64,000 nt of DNA from Eledone cirrhosa. Its lineage: Eukaryota. The stretch spans positions 45,818,001 through 45,882,000 of the forward strand of contig OZ024741.1 in assembly GCA_964016885.1 (NCBI GenBank), in the 5' to 3' direction. Each line of letters begins with the position of its first letter. Position 1 is the stretch's first letter. The position numbers and the translations under genes are program-made. The notes under the pieces are model-generated. The model saw only the letters and a list, made by a program, of their open reading frames with translations, was not told the DNA's origin and did no database searches. Positions 1 to 14,394 of the stretch are shown piece by piece.

Positions 1-384
1 AGACAAGTATCTCTACTATATCCTCGGGTTCAACAACACCTTGTAAATAGAATTTGATAAACGGAAGCTGCAAAAGCCCGTCGTATATATACATGTATAC
101 ATGTGAGTATATATATATATATATATACTTATATGTATGTGTGTGCATGTGTGTGTCTGCGCGCGCACACGTGTGTGTCTGTCTATGTTTAAATCCCATA
201 ATATAGCGATTCGACAAAAAAGCGATCGATACAATATGACTTGAAAAGTGGAGACGATCTTATCAAGGAATTGATGCACGTGTCAATAACACACACTGTT
301 ATTGATACGTAACAGGGGTTAACTATTGAATCATATCGAAATATTCATGTGTATAGATATTGTTATACCCTCGCTATTAATTTT

Positions 385-735
385 GAAAGCGGTGATTAAT
401 TCACCACTAATTAGTCTCTAGTAACCAAGAGAGAGCACTATGACGACGACGCTTCTGGTTCTTTAGTCCTCTTCATTGAGACTAACTCCTTGGGTGCTAA
501 GACGAAAATTGGCTAAAGGCTTATAGGTTTTATGCTTGTGAACATCAGCTGACAATGCTCATTTGCATACAGAGCAAAACCCTAAAGCCTATAAATTTAT
601 TTTCGTCTTAGCATCCAAAGAGTTAGGCTTTCTGAAGAGGGTTGAATAACCAGCAACAAAACCGTCAGAGTGCTCTTTCTTGGCTGATAAAGACTAAGTA
701 GAGGTGAATTAATTACCATTTCTAAAATTTATAGC
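385..735. mobile_element. Imperfect fold-back element with a degenerate HHR-like motif
   Basis: Arms are reverse-complementary (gtgattaattcacc...gagagcact vs agtgctctttc...ggtgaattaattac; gctaagacgaaaat vs attttcgtcttagc). The right arm has CTGAAGA-ggtt/aacc stem-[GAAA decayed]-GTC at ~631-666. Confidence 0.55.
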
Positions 736-804
736 GCGCCTATTTACTTGAACATTTCGTATCAATCACGCGATGTCAGAGCATCATTACCTCTCATTCA
801 TTAA

Positions 805-999
805 AGTCCCCAACTGAGGTTTCTGCAAATAAGAAAGATTACTAATTATCTCAATAAATTAAGACAACTAATATTGGAAGAATATTCCGTCAACGGGGAT
901 GGAGAATCTTCGGATCATCCAGGGGAAAATCTACAAACCGTTTCCTTGTCGTAACAGCATGGTACGTCCAATAACGTGCGTCATTCAACTACTAAATAA

Positions 1000-1078
<79 letters not shown>

Positions 1079-1405
1079 GCAATACAACAGTATTTTTAAT
1101 GACGCTAGAAATAACACCAAAAGCCCATCTAAATCAACTCAACAACCAAGGGGTAGCAAATATCAAACAGAAAGTTATTTGTCTCTAATATAGTCAGACA
1201 TATCAATGAAAAGATATACATCAACTCAGAGAACCATTCAACTTAAGTTAAATACTCGTTTGTGTGGAAAGAGTATAAGCCAAACAAACTAAAATAAGTT
1301 GTTTCCATATAAGGTCTCCAACTGCAGTTTCTGGAATTATGAAACAATGCTAATTATCTTAATAAATTAAGACAACAAATATTGTAAGAATATTTTCTCA
1401 TCGGA
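805..1405 (-). repeat. Two diverged ~90-bp direct repeats (805-895, 1312-1405) with HHR remnants
   Basis: Both share ctaattatctYaataaattaagacaac. The minus strand of copy 2 reads CCGATGA...GAAA CTGCAG TT GGAG. Confidence 0.45.
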
Positions 1406-1639
1406 GGAAGGTCTTTTTGGAAGTTGAGAATATATTGAATAGACAGCATACAGACCTCTACTTGTCAAATATTTCTCTTTGTATGCGCATGCAGTGCCTC
1501 GACTATTTAGATAGAAAATATATTAATTTCCCTTGCCACTCTTCCCTAAATTATAGGGATCGGGCCCAAACAAAATAACTTATGAACGTTTCTGTAAAAT
1601 AATATATTACCTTTGATCAGAATATCATGACTAAATGGA

Positions 1640-1850
1640 TTCTAACATAGGCACAAAGCCAGCAATTTCGGGTGATTGAAAAGTCGGTTAAATCAACCCC
1701 ACTACCGGTCTGCTAGTTTAATTTATCAGCCCCGGAAGAATAAAAGGCAAACTTGACCTGAGCAAGATTTGAACACAGAACATAAAGAGTCGGAAGAAAT
1801 ACGACAGAAAACATCGAGAGGCGCTCTAATAATTCTACCAACCTACCACA
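1640..1850 (-). mobile_element. tRNA-derived Deu/Nin-type SINE, diverged
   Basis: Reverse complement resembles the 42272-42460 SINE (B-box-like gtgttcaaatc, tttgcctttt, ctggctttgtgccta). Confidence 0.65.
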
Positions 1851-2350
1851 TTCATATGTGAAATATATAAAAATTAAAAGTTACTTTCAAATTCTTTAGA
1901 AAAACTCTATTTACAATTGATTTTTTTTTCTTCTTGTCATTTTCTCATTACAGAAATCTTCTCACATTTAAAGAGTTTGAATGTTGTTTAACACTTCGTT
2001 TTAAGAAAACATTTTTTAGTATTTCACATTTATTTCCAGTGACGGAAAATTAAAAAACAAAACAAAAAGAAGTATTATATAATAGAGTTGAGTTATCATA
2101 TCGCCACAGGCGTAGATTTTAAGATAACCTCACAATATATTATTGTATTGTCTCTTACTGTGTAACATTTATTTCGTTATCTTATAGTTCATTTACTTTT
2201 TATATTCCTTTTTTCTTTTACACCAGACATATCAAAATGTAACATACGCTTTAAATGTTTTGTTGGTTTCAGCTATATCGGATGTTATATATTTCACAGT
2301 ATTTGATATATAAAAAACTTTAAGCCGTCATTGGACAATATATTTACATT

Positions 2351-2406
2351 CAATGCATTTAATGCATTTATGCATTTAATGTATTTAATGCATTTAATGC
2401 ATTTAT
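2351..2406. repeat. 10-bp minisatellite (ttaatgcatt)n
   Basis: About 5.5 units are directly visible. Confidence 0.85.
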
Positions 2407-4040
2407 CACTACAGTTTGGCTAATGCACTAGACTGTCGAAGTCACTCTCCACTCATTGCAGCTTTCATAATCAATGTTGTGTCCTTGGCCATCAGAGGAG
2501 TTTAATACCTAGGCAAATTGGGAACCACAACGCAATGTGTTAGAACAGATAGTTAAATGTATCTCGTACCGCGCACAACAAATTTTATCAATCCACTGTC
2601 CTGGAGTGAAACTATATTTCTCTGAGCCAAAATGATGAAAGGCAAAGTTGACCTTCATGGGATATGCACTTCGAACCGACGCTCCAGTGACCATGACAGT
2701 TCTTCTATTAAATAACATTTAAATACTCAAACGTGGCTTCAGATAGCCCACTCTTCTAAACGAGCTTCATATTACCTCTATGTAAACATATCGTGTACCA
2801 GCCTTCTTTCCTCATAGATCACGCAGAGAACACTTAGCTTAATCAATTATCTCAAGAGCTGCAGCCAACTGGAATTAAACATCTGTGCAAGCAAATCTCA
2901 CAGGGTATGGCCAATATAATTACTTGGCATTACTTCAAATATAAGTGCAATAGTGACCCCAATACAATACCTTAGAATACTCCAAATATTTATATTTAAT
3001 AGGTCAATAATATTTGAAGAAACTAATGACTGTCGAACTAAGCACTAGTGTCCTCATTTCTGTTTTCATAACAAAACAAAACGTAATAAGTACTCTCAAT
3101 TCTGAAAACTATCTATTTATAGTCTATCTCTATATTTCTGTATCATCTGATCCGTGTATGATTAAAAGTCGAATTCGGGAGCTCAGCTTGGTAGTTTGCC
3201 TACTCATTGCTTTCTTCTTGGCGCACTCACTCACTGGTGCAACCAAATTTCCCTCATATCATATCATATCCTCTCATATGCCCTGAACACATATAATCAT
3301 ATGTTTACTCGATCAAGACTGGTCTAAATAACAACAGGAATGGAAAACTATACAAACAAAAACAGTAAGATAAATATCTACAACAATAACAGCAACTACA
3401 ATAAGAAACAAATCAATCAGTAATATGAAATCGTCCAGACTTAGACTATATAGGCTTTTAGTTTTAATTTTCTATTATTGAAAGAAAAGAACCCATACGA
3501 GGATGTCACATATAATTGCTTCTTCAGTGAAAATAATGTACATGAAGTTGTAATTAAATATTTTTGTAAATATACAATGTGTTTCCTATATAAAACCTTG
3601 AATCAGCAGAGACTGAACGGATGGTTAAAGAGCTTGCTTCACAATCACTCGCATGTGTCATCTACCATAGCTTCGAATCAACCTAAGCTTTGTGAGAAAA
3701 ATTTATAAACAGAAACTTTTTGAAATGTGTCGGCTGTACTATATCTGCAATTCAAATTTTTAGCCTTTTCATGCCGTAATGTTACACTGAATTACCCTGA
3801 GAATTACGTATCTGGAGAAAGCTCATGCAACTGTACATTAATTGCACCATAAGGCTGTTTCCTTGATTGAACGACTGGAACACTCATTGTGGAAACAGAC
3901 GAAGCTCCATTCCACATCACATATTTCAAGTGGATGTGTTTTATATGCAATTTGTTGATTTAGCTATATATACATATATATATAAAATAATTAAGTTAAA
4001 TAGGTAAAATTTGGCTTCGTTTATTATAAATTATAGATAT

Positions 4041-4095
4041 ACTGCCATATATATTTCGGTGACAGCCATCATTGGCTGTGACGTCTTCAGGCAGT
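4041..4095 (-). ncRNA. Minimal type I hammerhead ribozyme fold, probably mutated
   Basis: Minus strand: ACUGC-CUGAAGA-c(gucacagcca auga uggcugucac)c-GAAA-UAUAUA-UG-GCAGU. Helix I is perfect and helix II has 9 of 10 pairs, but the cleavage base is a non-canonical G. Confidence 0.65.
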
Positions 4096-4629
4096 CCGAA
4101 TTGGTGTGGTAGAGACAACCGTCCTGAAAATAAAGCATCCAATCAGATATTCTGGAGTGATTTCCTCGTTTGATATGCCGTTGACCCTGACACAACTGTG
4201 AATGTTAGTGGACAAACTGGAAATGTAAATGCATATTATCGGCATGATGGCTCTCCATTCAAAAAAGCAAAAGATTGTTGAAGAAAATCTTTATAAATTG
4301 GAAAACACAAGAGTAAAATGGGTTGGGAAAAGCCATAACAACAATTCGATACAAAATTTGTTGGAATGCATGAAACCCAAAACTGCAGACTGTCATCCAG
4401 CGATGCTGGAGTCTATTAATATACGTTTTATTAAAGGACTTACACAGAAATATTGCCGGGTTCGTATGTTCACCATATCCCGTCCTATTCATGTGGTTGT
4501 TAAAGCAAAAAGCGGAAATAATAATATGATTTTACAGTGAAAATTATATCTATGTATCAATATATATATATATTGATACATAGATATAATATAATATATA
4601 TATATATGTGTGTGTGTGTGTGTAATTGC

Positions 4630-4666
<37 letters not shown>

Positions 4667-4750
4667 AAGTTATATTTAAAATTGTTGGGTTACAACTAGT
4701 AAATATTTATAACTGATATAAAAGCACTCGACAAATACTTGGAGTATATT

Positions 4751-5127
4751 TACAATATTAAATAAATGGAAAACTATATTTATAAAACCATATTTATTTC
4801 ATTATATATATTTCGGGGATATCATATTAACAATATGCTATGCCTTCATCAGACAAAATACAATATAAACAGTTTTATAGATAAATATATTCGACATACC
4901 GTAATAAACATCAACTTCATTTGAAGAGGTTCACTCTAGCAGTGCTAGAGTGAACCTCTTCAAATGAAGTTGATGTTTATTACGGTATGTCGAATATATT
5001 TATCTATAAAACTGTTTATATTGTATTTTGTCTGATGAAGGCATAGCATATTGTTAATATGATATCCCCGAAATATATATAATGAAATAAATATGGTTTT
5101 ATAAATATAGTTTTCCATTTATTTAAT

Positions 5128-5133
<6 letters not shown>
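4751..5133. mobile_element. Perfect 383-bp palindrome (191-bp arms, centre 4942) between (TA)n tracts
   Basis: Centre is ctagca-g-tgctag and the arms match out to tacaatattaaataaatgg/ccatttatttaatattgta. A diverged homologue lies at ~27255-27390. Confidence 0.9.
5024..5089 (+). ncRNA. Minimal type I hammerhead ribozyme (mirror copy on minus strand at 4795-4860)
   Basis: Helix I uauuuugu/augaaaua; CUGAUGA 5032-5038; helix II including cauauu/aauaug; GAAA 5070-5073; palindromic UAUAUA; AUA cleavage site at 5081. Confidence 0.7.
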
Positions 5134-5163
<30 letters not shown>

Positions 5164-5192
5164 TATATATATATATATATATATATAGATAG

Positions 5193-5241
<49 letters not shown>

Positions 5242-5337
5242 AGACAAATATTCAATATGTAAGATATCGAGTTAAACCAACATATATGTATATATATTTT
5301 AAAATGTGAGATGATGATGCAAATAACTGATTATATC

Positions 5338-5389
<52 letters not shown>

Positions 5390-6574
5390 AACATATATAC
5401 AGTGAGAGAGAGAGGGGAGTGTTTCTGCGGTGTGGAAACCGGGGAGACCACTAACATGGGAGTGCTTATTCATATATATATATGTATATAAACATTTGAT
5501 TTCGTCAGATATTTGCTTTATCATCTCAGTAATTTCTTTTAGTTTGTTCTTCATTTTCTTCCCATTACTTTTCTCTGAGCAGGAGACTTCTTCCTAATCT
5601 TATTCATGTGAAAATGCCGTATAGGTATATGGAATTAGAATTCTTAAGCAGCTATTGGATTTTTAGCTTGTAACGTCTGTTGAAGACAGTAACCCTAGGA
5701 ATAAAGGATTATTTCAAGTTAACTTGCTGTCGATTAATTCATACATTTGGAGGCGTATTATTTAGTGTTGATTTAACAACGTATTAAGAGGTGTGTGGAT
5801 TTTTTTAATTTATTAGAAGATATTCGTGCATAAATATTTGAAAGTATGTTTGTGTTTGCCTGTATATGTACATATTGATAAGATAAGCGAACCATAAATC
5901 GTGCCATATTTATTATCAATAATTGTCAGTACAAAATTTTACAAAGAAATTCGGAGAACTTTAACAAAAGATTCTGGATATTGATGGAAAACAGATGCGT
6001 ATACACGAGGGAGGTATGTATGCTTAAATGATAAGGATAATAACGTCAAGCTCACACAAGCAAGCAATCATATAAAACGTGATGTTTTAACATTTTCTCT
6101 TAAGCTGCAACGCTAGAACAAAGTAAGTGTTAGATAGAAAACCTTCCTGAAGGATATTGTGTGATATACATTACATCATCAATCCAAATTCCTGTTTATG
6201 AATGACTAGGCATGATTTCAATGATCGTATTAAATGTATTACCTTAGAAAACATTCGCTTTATTTCATATCTTTCAAACTGCCTGTCAGCTTTATATAAC
6301 TTTCTTTCTTCTCGTGCAAAATCTGTTATTGTTTTTCCAAAACTAAAATCTAAAAATGATTTTTTTTTTATTTATTATTGGTTTCAGATATTTGACAGTT
6401 TTGATGCTGGGACACCATCTTTAAAGGGATTTTATTCTAACATCGACCCCAGTATTTAAATTTTCACGGCTAGTACATATTTTACCGATCACTTTTTTGT
6501 CGAACACCCTATTTAAGAGACATAAACAAATAGTAAACATAAAGAGACAATCCAACGAACAAACATGTACACAC

Positions 6575-6615
6575 TCAGATGACCCCGTGATAAACAGGCG
6601 AAACTCCAGAGTAAA
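6575..6615 (+). other. Degenerate HHR-like remnant beside (TA)n
   Basis: CAGATGA...GAAA CTC ca GAG TA. The core carries U4A and no helix I is evident. Confidence 0.3.
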
Positions 6616-6641
6616 AAGATTCTCTATTTAGCCTTAATAAG

Positions 6642-6714
<73 letters not shown>

Positions 6715-6858
6715 TTCTTTATGTACATTATAAAACACTTTTTTTTAATAAATTGTCCCTCTCAATTTTTTCAATAAAGTCACTTTGACGAATCAAAGAA
6801 AGGAAAAAACGAAAAACAGACCCTTAAATATTTTTCAGTTGTATTTCTAATTTCACTA

Positions 6859-8147
<1,289 letters not shown>

Positions 8148-8159
8148 TATATATATATA

Positions 8160-8187
<28 letters not shown>

Positions 8188-8193
<6 letters not shown>

Positions 8194-8737
8194 ATATGTA
8201 GAAATAAACACAGTAAATTCTGCGTCTAAAATTACGAGGGTAGATTTTACCACAAATGTTTTATATATTTAAACTGAATCATACAGTAAGATACAAGATT
8301 TCCTATACATACCGTATCAATAACGAGTTCATCTCTCGGGCAGACAAAAGATTTAATCTGTTTCACCCTGAAAATTGTGTTTGTAACAGATAATCCTTAG
8401 GCATTTCATCAGTGAGAGATTAGATTAAATGAAACAAAACACATCTGACAAGAAACTCACGGAAGTAAATAATGTACCTCGTGGGTTGAAAGCTATACGT
8501 GGTGTGAGTGGTTATGCTAGAAATAATAGCCTAATTACACTCATCTTATAAGCTCACCAGATAGGGAGCCGAAATACAAATAAAATATAGAGTTATTAAA
8601 TATAGAGTAATTTTAGACGCAGAATTTACTGTGTTTATTTCTACATATATTAATCATATAATACTCAGTATTTATACTTTGAGCTTGTTAATTGCAGGGT
8701 ATCAATATGAGTTAATAACTCTATATTTTATTTGTAT
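8188..8737. repeat. Element with interleaved inverted repeats
   Basis: ~48-bp inverted repeat 8188-8235/8607-8654 and a second one at 8575-8599/8711-8737. 8665-8725 resembles 62707-62770. Confidence 0.65.
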
Positions 8738-9042
8738 ATATATATATATAAATGGTCTCCTCGTTCTCAGCACTACAGAGTCTATCACTATCCTCTCCCA
8801 TCTCTCTCTCTCTGTCTCTCTCTCTCTCCCTATATATATATATATATATATATATGGGGAGGGGGGGTATATATATATATATACTTATAAGTATGTAAAA
8901 GTTAAACAGAAAAAATAACACAGTCGGTACAGTATATGGAACGAATATATTAGGTTAACGCTTGAAATAGAAAGGAAGAGGGTTTTAACTGTTTGGACGC
9001 CACTCATTCATATGTACATGTATATATAGAGATAGATAGATA

Positions 9043-9300
9043 ACTTTCTTTTTATTTGCCACCAGGGCATCAAAAGTGGGACAAGTACAAAGGGGGGAGT
9101 TTACATGCAAAGGCGTCCTCAATATGGATGAGGCAATAACAAGATATAAAAGTATAAAAATAAAATAAAATATAACAAAATAAATTTTATAACAAAATCC
9201 TCAATAGGGAGCAGGCGCCTTGGGGGGTCGCACACACCCCCGAAAAAAAGTGTGCAACCCTTCTCCTCAGGAGCACAGAGAGGGGGTGCTCCCTTGGTCT
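9043..9300 (-). mobile_element. 3' UTR fragment of a related L1/Tx1-like family, flanked by (GATA)n
   Basis: Minus strand ctccctattgaggattt...ccctggtggcaaataaa parallels the Tx1 3' UTR (cccctattggggaattt...cccttgtggttaataaa) at 18960-19108. Confidence 0.5.
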
Positions 9301-9358
<58 letters not shown>

Positions 9359-10019
9359 CATGTGAGTCTGTGTGGCGGTGTCGTCCGTGTATGACATGCT
9401 TTTGTACACTTTCCATTTACCGAATATCACTGAAAAAGTATTGATTAACCAGAGGCTAAAGCAAAAGACACTTAACATGCCGCCATGTGGCTGCAAAGTG
9501 AACTTCTGAACTATACCGCCATGTTCACGCCTATTTTCTCATTATTGCTGCTGATTTGCGTTGTTCTTTAAGGCGTTTCTCCATGTCGCTACTAAATTAT
9601 ATTTTAATCCTAATACCCTCTTCTATCTCTTTATTTACTCATGCACTCAACTCATATATATTCAAACATCGTTCAGAAATGTTATTTATATTTACTCAGT
9701 GTATGTGTTTATGTGTGAATGGATGGAGGGGAAGGAGAAGGGAAAGACGGAGAATGGACTGCAAGATGAAGGGGTGGAGGAGAGAAGGGGGAAGGGGAAT
9801 AAAGAGGGGGAGAAGAAGAAGAAGAAGAAGAAGAAGAAGAAGAAGAAGAAGAAGAAGAAGAAGAAGAAGAAGAAGAAGAAGAGACGAAGAAGGAGAATGA
9901 GAAAGATAAGAAAAAGATGGAGGAAGAACAGAAGAAAGAGTAGAAAGGGATGGAGAATGAAATGAGTTGTTTTAGTAGCTATAATTTTTATTTGTCTTCT
10001 GTATATATATATACAGAAG

Positions 10020-10075
<56 letters not shown>

Positions 10076-10082
<7 letters not shown>

Positions 10083-11548
10083 AATAAGGGCGCTGCGGAG
10101 TTGCAAATGGGTTACATATGAAAAATGTTTGTCATTCATCAGTGATCTTCCAACCATAGGCATTTCATCGCTTTAAAGACCATATACCTCCGGTTGGTGC
10201 GAGCAACGGCTAAAAAAAAGTCGTTGAGACACCTAAATAAAGGGGACGTGAGTGTAAACAAACAAAATGGTGAAGCAACAGAAAGTGAGGAAGAAGGAGA
10301 CAAGTCCAAAATTTCTATGAATTTAAATTCGGTGAAATCGTGAACGAGAGAATAAAGACCATCAAACCTGGTTGAAATGTGAGCAAGGAAGGAATTTCGC
10401 ACAGGTCTAACGGGAGGAAAAGGGGGTCTGGTCTGCGAATTCGGTAAACATAAGTTCTGTGAAATCGTAGACGAGAGAGAGAAAAAATTCCGACCAGCTT
10501 GGCCGAGCTTGCGAGAGAAAAGAATTACGCACAGGTCAAACGGCAAGAAAGAGGTGGAGGAGAGGTAGTGACAGAGAATGAGTGAGTGAAGGGTGAGGAA
10601 GAGGCTAACAGAGAGAGAGTCTGCTAGAAAGGGTAAAGATACATAGAACGAAAAAGACGTGTAGCAGCTGAGGAAAAAATATGTGTAAATATGATAATAA
10701 GGGCGCTGCGGAGTTGCAAATGGGTTACATATGAAAAAAGTTTGTCTTTCATCAGTGATCTTCCAAATATCATAGGCATTTCATCGCTTTAAAGACCATA
10801 TACCTACCTTTATTTACGTGTCCCAACGACTTTTTTTAGCCGTTGCTCGCACCAACCGGAGGTATATGGTTTTTAAAGCGATGAAATGCCTATGATGGTT
10901 GGAAGATCACTGATGAAGGACAAACTTTTTTCATATGTAACCCATTTGCAACTCCGCAGTGCCCTTATTATCATATTTACACATATTTTTTCCTTTGCTG
11001 CTACACGTCTTTTTCGTTCTATGTATCTTTACCCTTTCTAGCAGTCTCTCTCTCTGTTAGCCTCTTCCTCACCCTTCACTCACTCATTCTCTGTCACTAC
11101 TTCTCCTCCTCCTCTTTCTTCCCGTTTGACCTGTGCGTAATTCTTTTCTCTCGCACGCTCGGCCAAGCTGGTCGGAATTTTTTCTCTCTCTAGTCTACGA
11201 TTTCACAGAACTTATGTTTACCGAATTCGCAGACCAGACCCCTTCTTCCTCCCGTTAGACCTGAGCGAAATTCGTTCCTTGCTCACATTTCAACCAGCTT
11301 TGATGGTCTTTATTCTCTCGTTCACGATTTCACCGAATTTAAATTCATAGAAATTTGGGACTTGTCTCCTTCTTCCTCACTTTCTGTTGCTTCAGCATTT
11401 TGTTTGTTTACACTCGCGTTCCCTTTATTTACGTGTCCCAGCGACTTTTTTTTAGCCGTTGCTCGCACCAACCGGAGGTATATGGTCTTTAAAGCGATGA
11501 AATGCCTATGATGGTTGGAAGATCACTGATGAAGGACAAACTTTTTTC

Positions 11549-11551
<3 letters not shown>
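10076..11551. mobile_element. Family D non-coding element: ~1.2 tandem ~614-bp monomers, then ~1.2 inverted monomers
   Basis: The unit recurs at 10076/10689 and the inverted unit at 10807/11422. (TA)n flanks both ends. Related copies at ~27930-28345 and ~42149-42245. Confidence 0.9.
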
Positions 11552-11616
<65 letters not shown>

Positions 11617-11670
11617 CCACTTCTATATATATATATATAGAAGTGGTTACACAACAGTTAGTTCACCATA

Positions 11671-11710
11671 CCGAGAACAATTGTTTCACCTTCGCGGATC
11701 TTCAGCTCGG
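11671..11710 (-). ncRNA. Minimal type I hammerhead ribozyme
   Basis: Minus strand: CCGAG-CUGAAGA-uCC gcgaa GGu-GAAA-CAAUUG-UU-CUCGG. Perfect helix I, palindromic loop III, GUU cleavage site. Confidence 0.8.
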
Positions 11711-11949
11711 GATGTGTGTGGTTATAGGAACAGGAAGGACAACCGTACGAACGCGCATGCGCAGAAACTTGGTCACTTCACACAGGCAATACTAGACTGC
11801 GTGCGGGCGGTGTAAGGGAGATAACTGCGAAAGTCCGGAAAGTTTTTAGGTTGAAAATAAAATTTAAAAAATTAAAAATAAAATTATAAAGAATCAGTCC
11901 GGAGCCTTGTAGTTATGCAATAGATGTTTGGTGACGTGTGAAAAATTCA

Positions 11950-12010
11950 CTTCTCGTATTTAGGCAATCACTATTGCGTAACGCAATAGTGATTACCTAA
12001 ACACGAGAAG
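11950..12010. repeat. 61-bp hairpin at the junction with the second family C locus
   Basis: cttctcgtatttaggcaatcactattgcgt-a-acgcaatagtgattacctaaacacgagaag. Confidence 0.85.
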
Positions 12011-13100
12011 CTATCGTCAGCATCGTATACCTTTCTGCCAGATGGTTAAACGTCTGAAAGTATATACTTTCCTTATGCATATTAACGGCTAAGCAGCCTA
12101 ATTTGCATATCGAGTGAGTTCAGTCGGCCGGGCACACCGAAAACGATAAATGGAATAGAATGAAACGAAATTTCATTTCTCACTCTTAGTACGGCACTTA
12201 CTTAAATGTAAGTATGTATGTATGTATACGTACATACATATATGTATACAGACGTGCAGTAGTATGTATATATATACACACATGCACATATATATATATA
12301 TGCACGTATCGGTTTACCGAACATTTATTATAATGCTCGGTTTGTTTGTTTGTAAACAAAAAAATTACGCCGTACAGTGTTTAGGCAACCACGTCACCTT
12401 TTGGTTCAACACTGACACAGGAACGATATACTAGTTTCAAGCTTATTAGCTATCGTTATTAGCTTGAAAATAGTACATCGTTCCTGTGTCAGTGTTGAAC
12501 AAAAAGGTGACGTGGTTGCCTAAACATTGTACGGCGTAATTCGGGCTGTTTGTTTACAAACAAACAAACCGAGCATTATATTAAATCTTCGGTAAACCGA
12601 TACGTGCATATATATATGTGTGCATGTGTGTATATATATACATACTACTGTACGTCTGTATACATATATGTATGTACGTATACATACATACTTACATTTA
12701 AGTGCCTTACTAAGAGTCAGAAATAAAATTTCGTTTCATTCTATTCCATTTATCGTTTTCGGTGTGCCCGTCCGACTAAACTCACTCGATATGCAAATTA
12801 GGCTGCTCAGCCGTTAATATGCATAAGGAAAGTATATACTTTCAGACGTTCAACCATCTGGCAGGAAGGTATACGATGCTGACGATAGCTAATAAGCTTG
12901 AAACTAGTACATCGTTCCTGTGTCAGTGTTGAACAAAAAGGTGACGTGGTTGCCTAAACACTGTAGGGCGTAATTCGGGCTGTTTGTTTGTTTACTAACA
13001 AATAAACCGAGCATTATAATAAATGTTCGGTAGACCGATACGTGCATATACTACTGTACGTCTGTATACATATATGTATGTACGTATACATACATACATA

Positions 13101-13104
<4 letters not shown>
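12010..13104. mobile_element. Family C HHR element, second locus: one monomer, then ~1.5 inverted monomers
   Basis: Homologous to 6971-8147. The inversion point at ~12455 lies inside the HHR. Confidence 0.9.
12873..12915 (+). ncRNA. Minimal type I hammerhead ribozyme, family C
   Basis: ACGAUG-CUGACGA-uAGCU aaua AGCUu-GAAA-CUAG-UA-CAUCGU, with a fully Watson-Crick helix I. Confidence 0.8.
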
Positions 13105-13172
<68 letters not shown>

Positions 13173-13186
13173 TATATATATAAATG

Positions 13187-13722
<536 letters not shown>

Positions 13723-13830
13723 AAATGAATTCCATTTGATTCTAATTCATTACATTTGCTAGTTTTACTGCATTGATGTTTTATTTTCATTGATGTTCAT
13801 CACTGCTTCTACTGTCATTTTGTTTTAGTA

Positions 13831-13895
<65 letters not shown>

Positions 13896-14394
13896 GTTGT
13901 TATTATTGGCGACCTACGTAGTAAATCGTATCATCGTGAGCTCCGCAAAGGTTTGTTATTTTCAGTTGTTTAAAATTGCCATATATGGAAAAATTTTATT
14001 GTTAACTGTATATAAGTGCACATACATTGATTTCTGAAAAGGACACTCAAAAATATTGGGACCTTGAGGCCAAAATTTAAACTTTTTATAATTACCAAAC
14101 AAAAATTTTTCTTTGAAAAATTATAGATGACTCACTCCTTCCTCACTAGATGAGTCACTCCTTCCTCACAATCTAACATCTCACACCGACACAGCCATTG
14201 TAAATATTGCTACGTTTGCCAACACTGGAAATGTAAGCAGTAGCAATATTTCTATTTGTCTCAGGGAGACGTTCATTTCCCGCCATTACCAATGACTGCA
14301 GGTCTTAAAGCCGCCACCACCACCACCGCCGCGACAACCACCACCACAGCGACAACAGAAACAAAAGAAAAAAAAATTAACTCGTGATATCGAA

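Noticed and set aside
4100-4540. Decayed Penelope GIY-YIG upstream of the 4041 HHR
   Set aside because: The position is plausible but I could not read convincing motifs. A translated HMM search is needed.
5930-6128. Possible host exons (donor GTATGT at 6014; 18-nt AG...GTAAGT micro-exon at 6105-6122; acceptor-like tracts near 1954, 2040 and 2226)
   Set aside because: Splice-like signals are common in AT-rich DNA and I could not build a coherent reading frame. Spliced RNA-seq would be needed.
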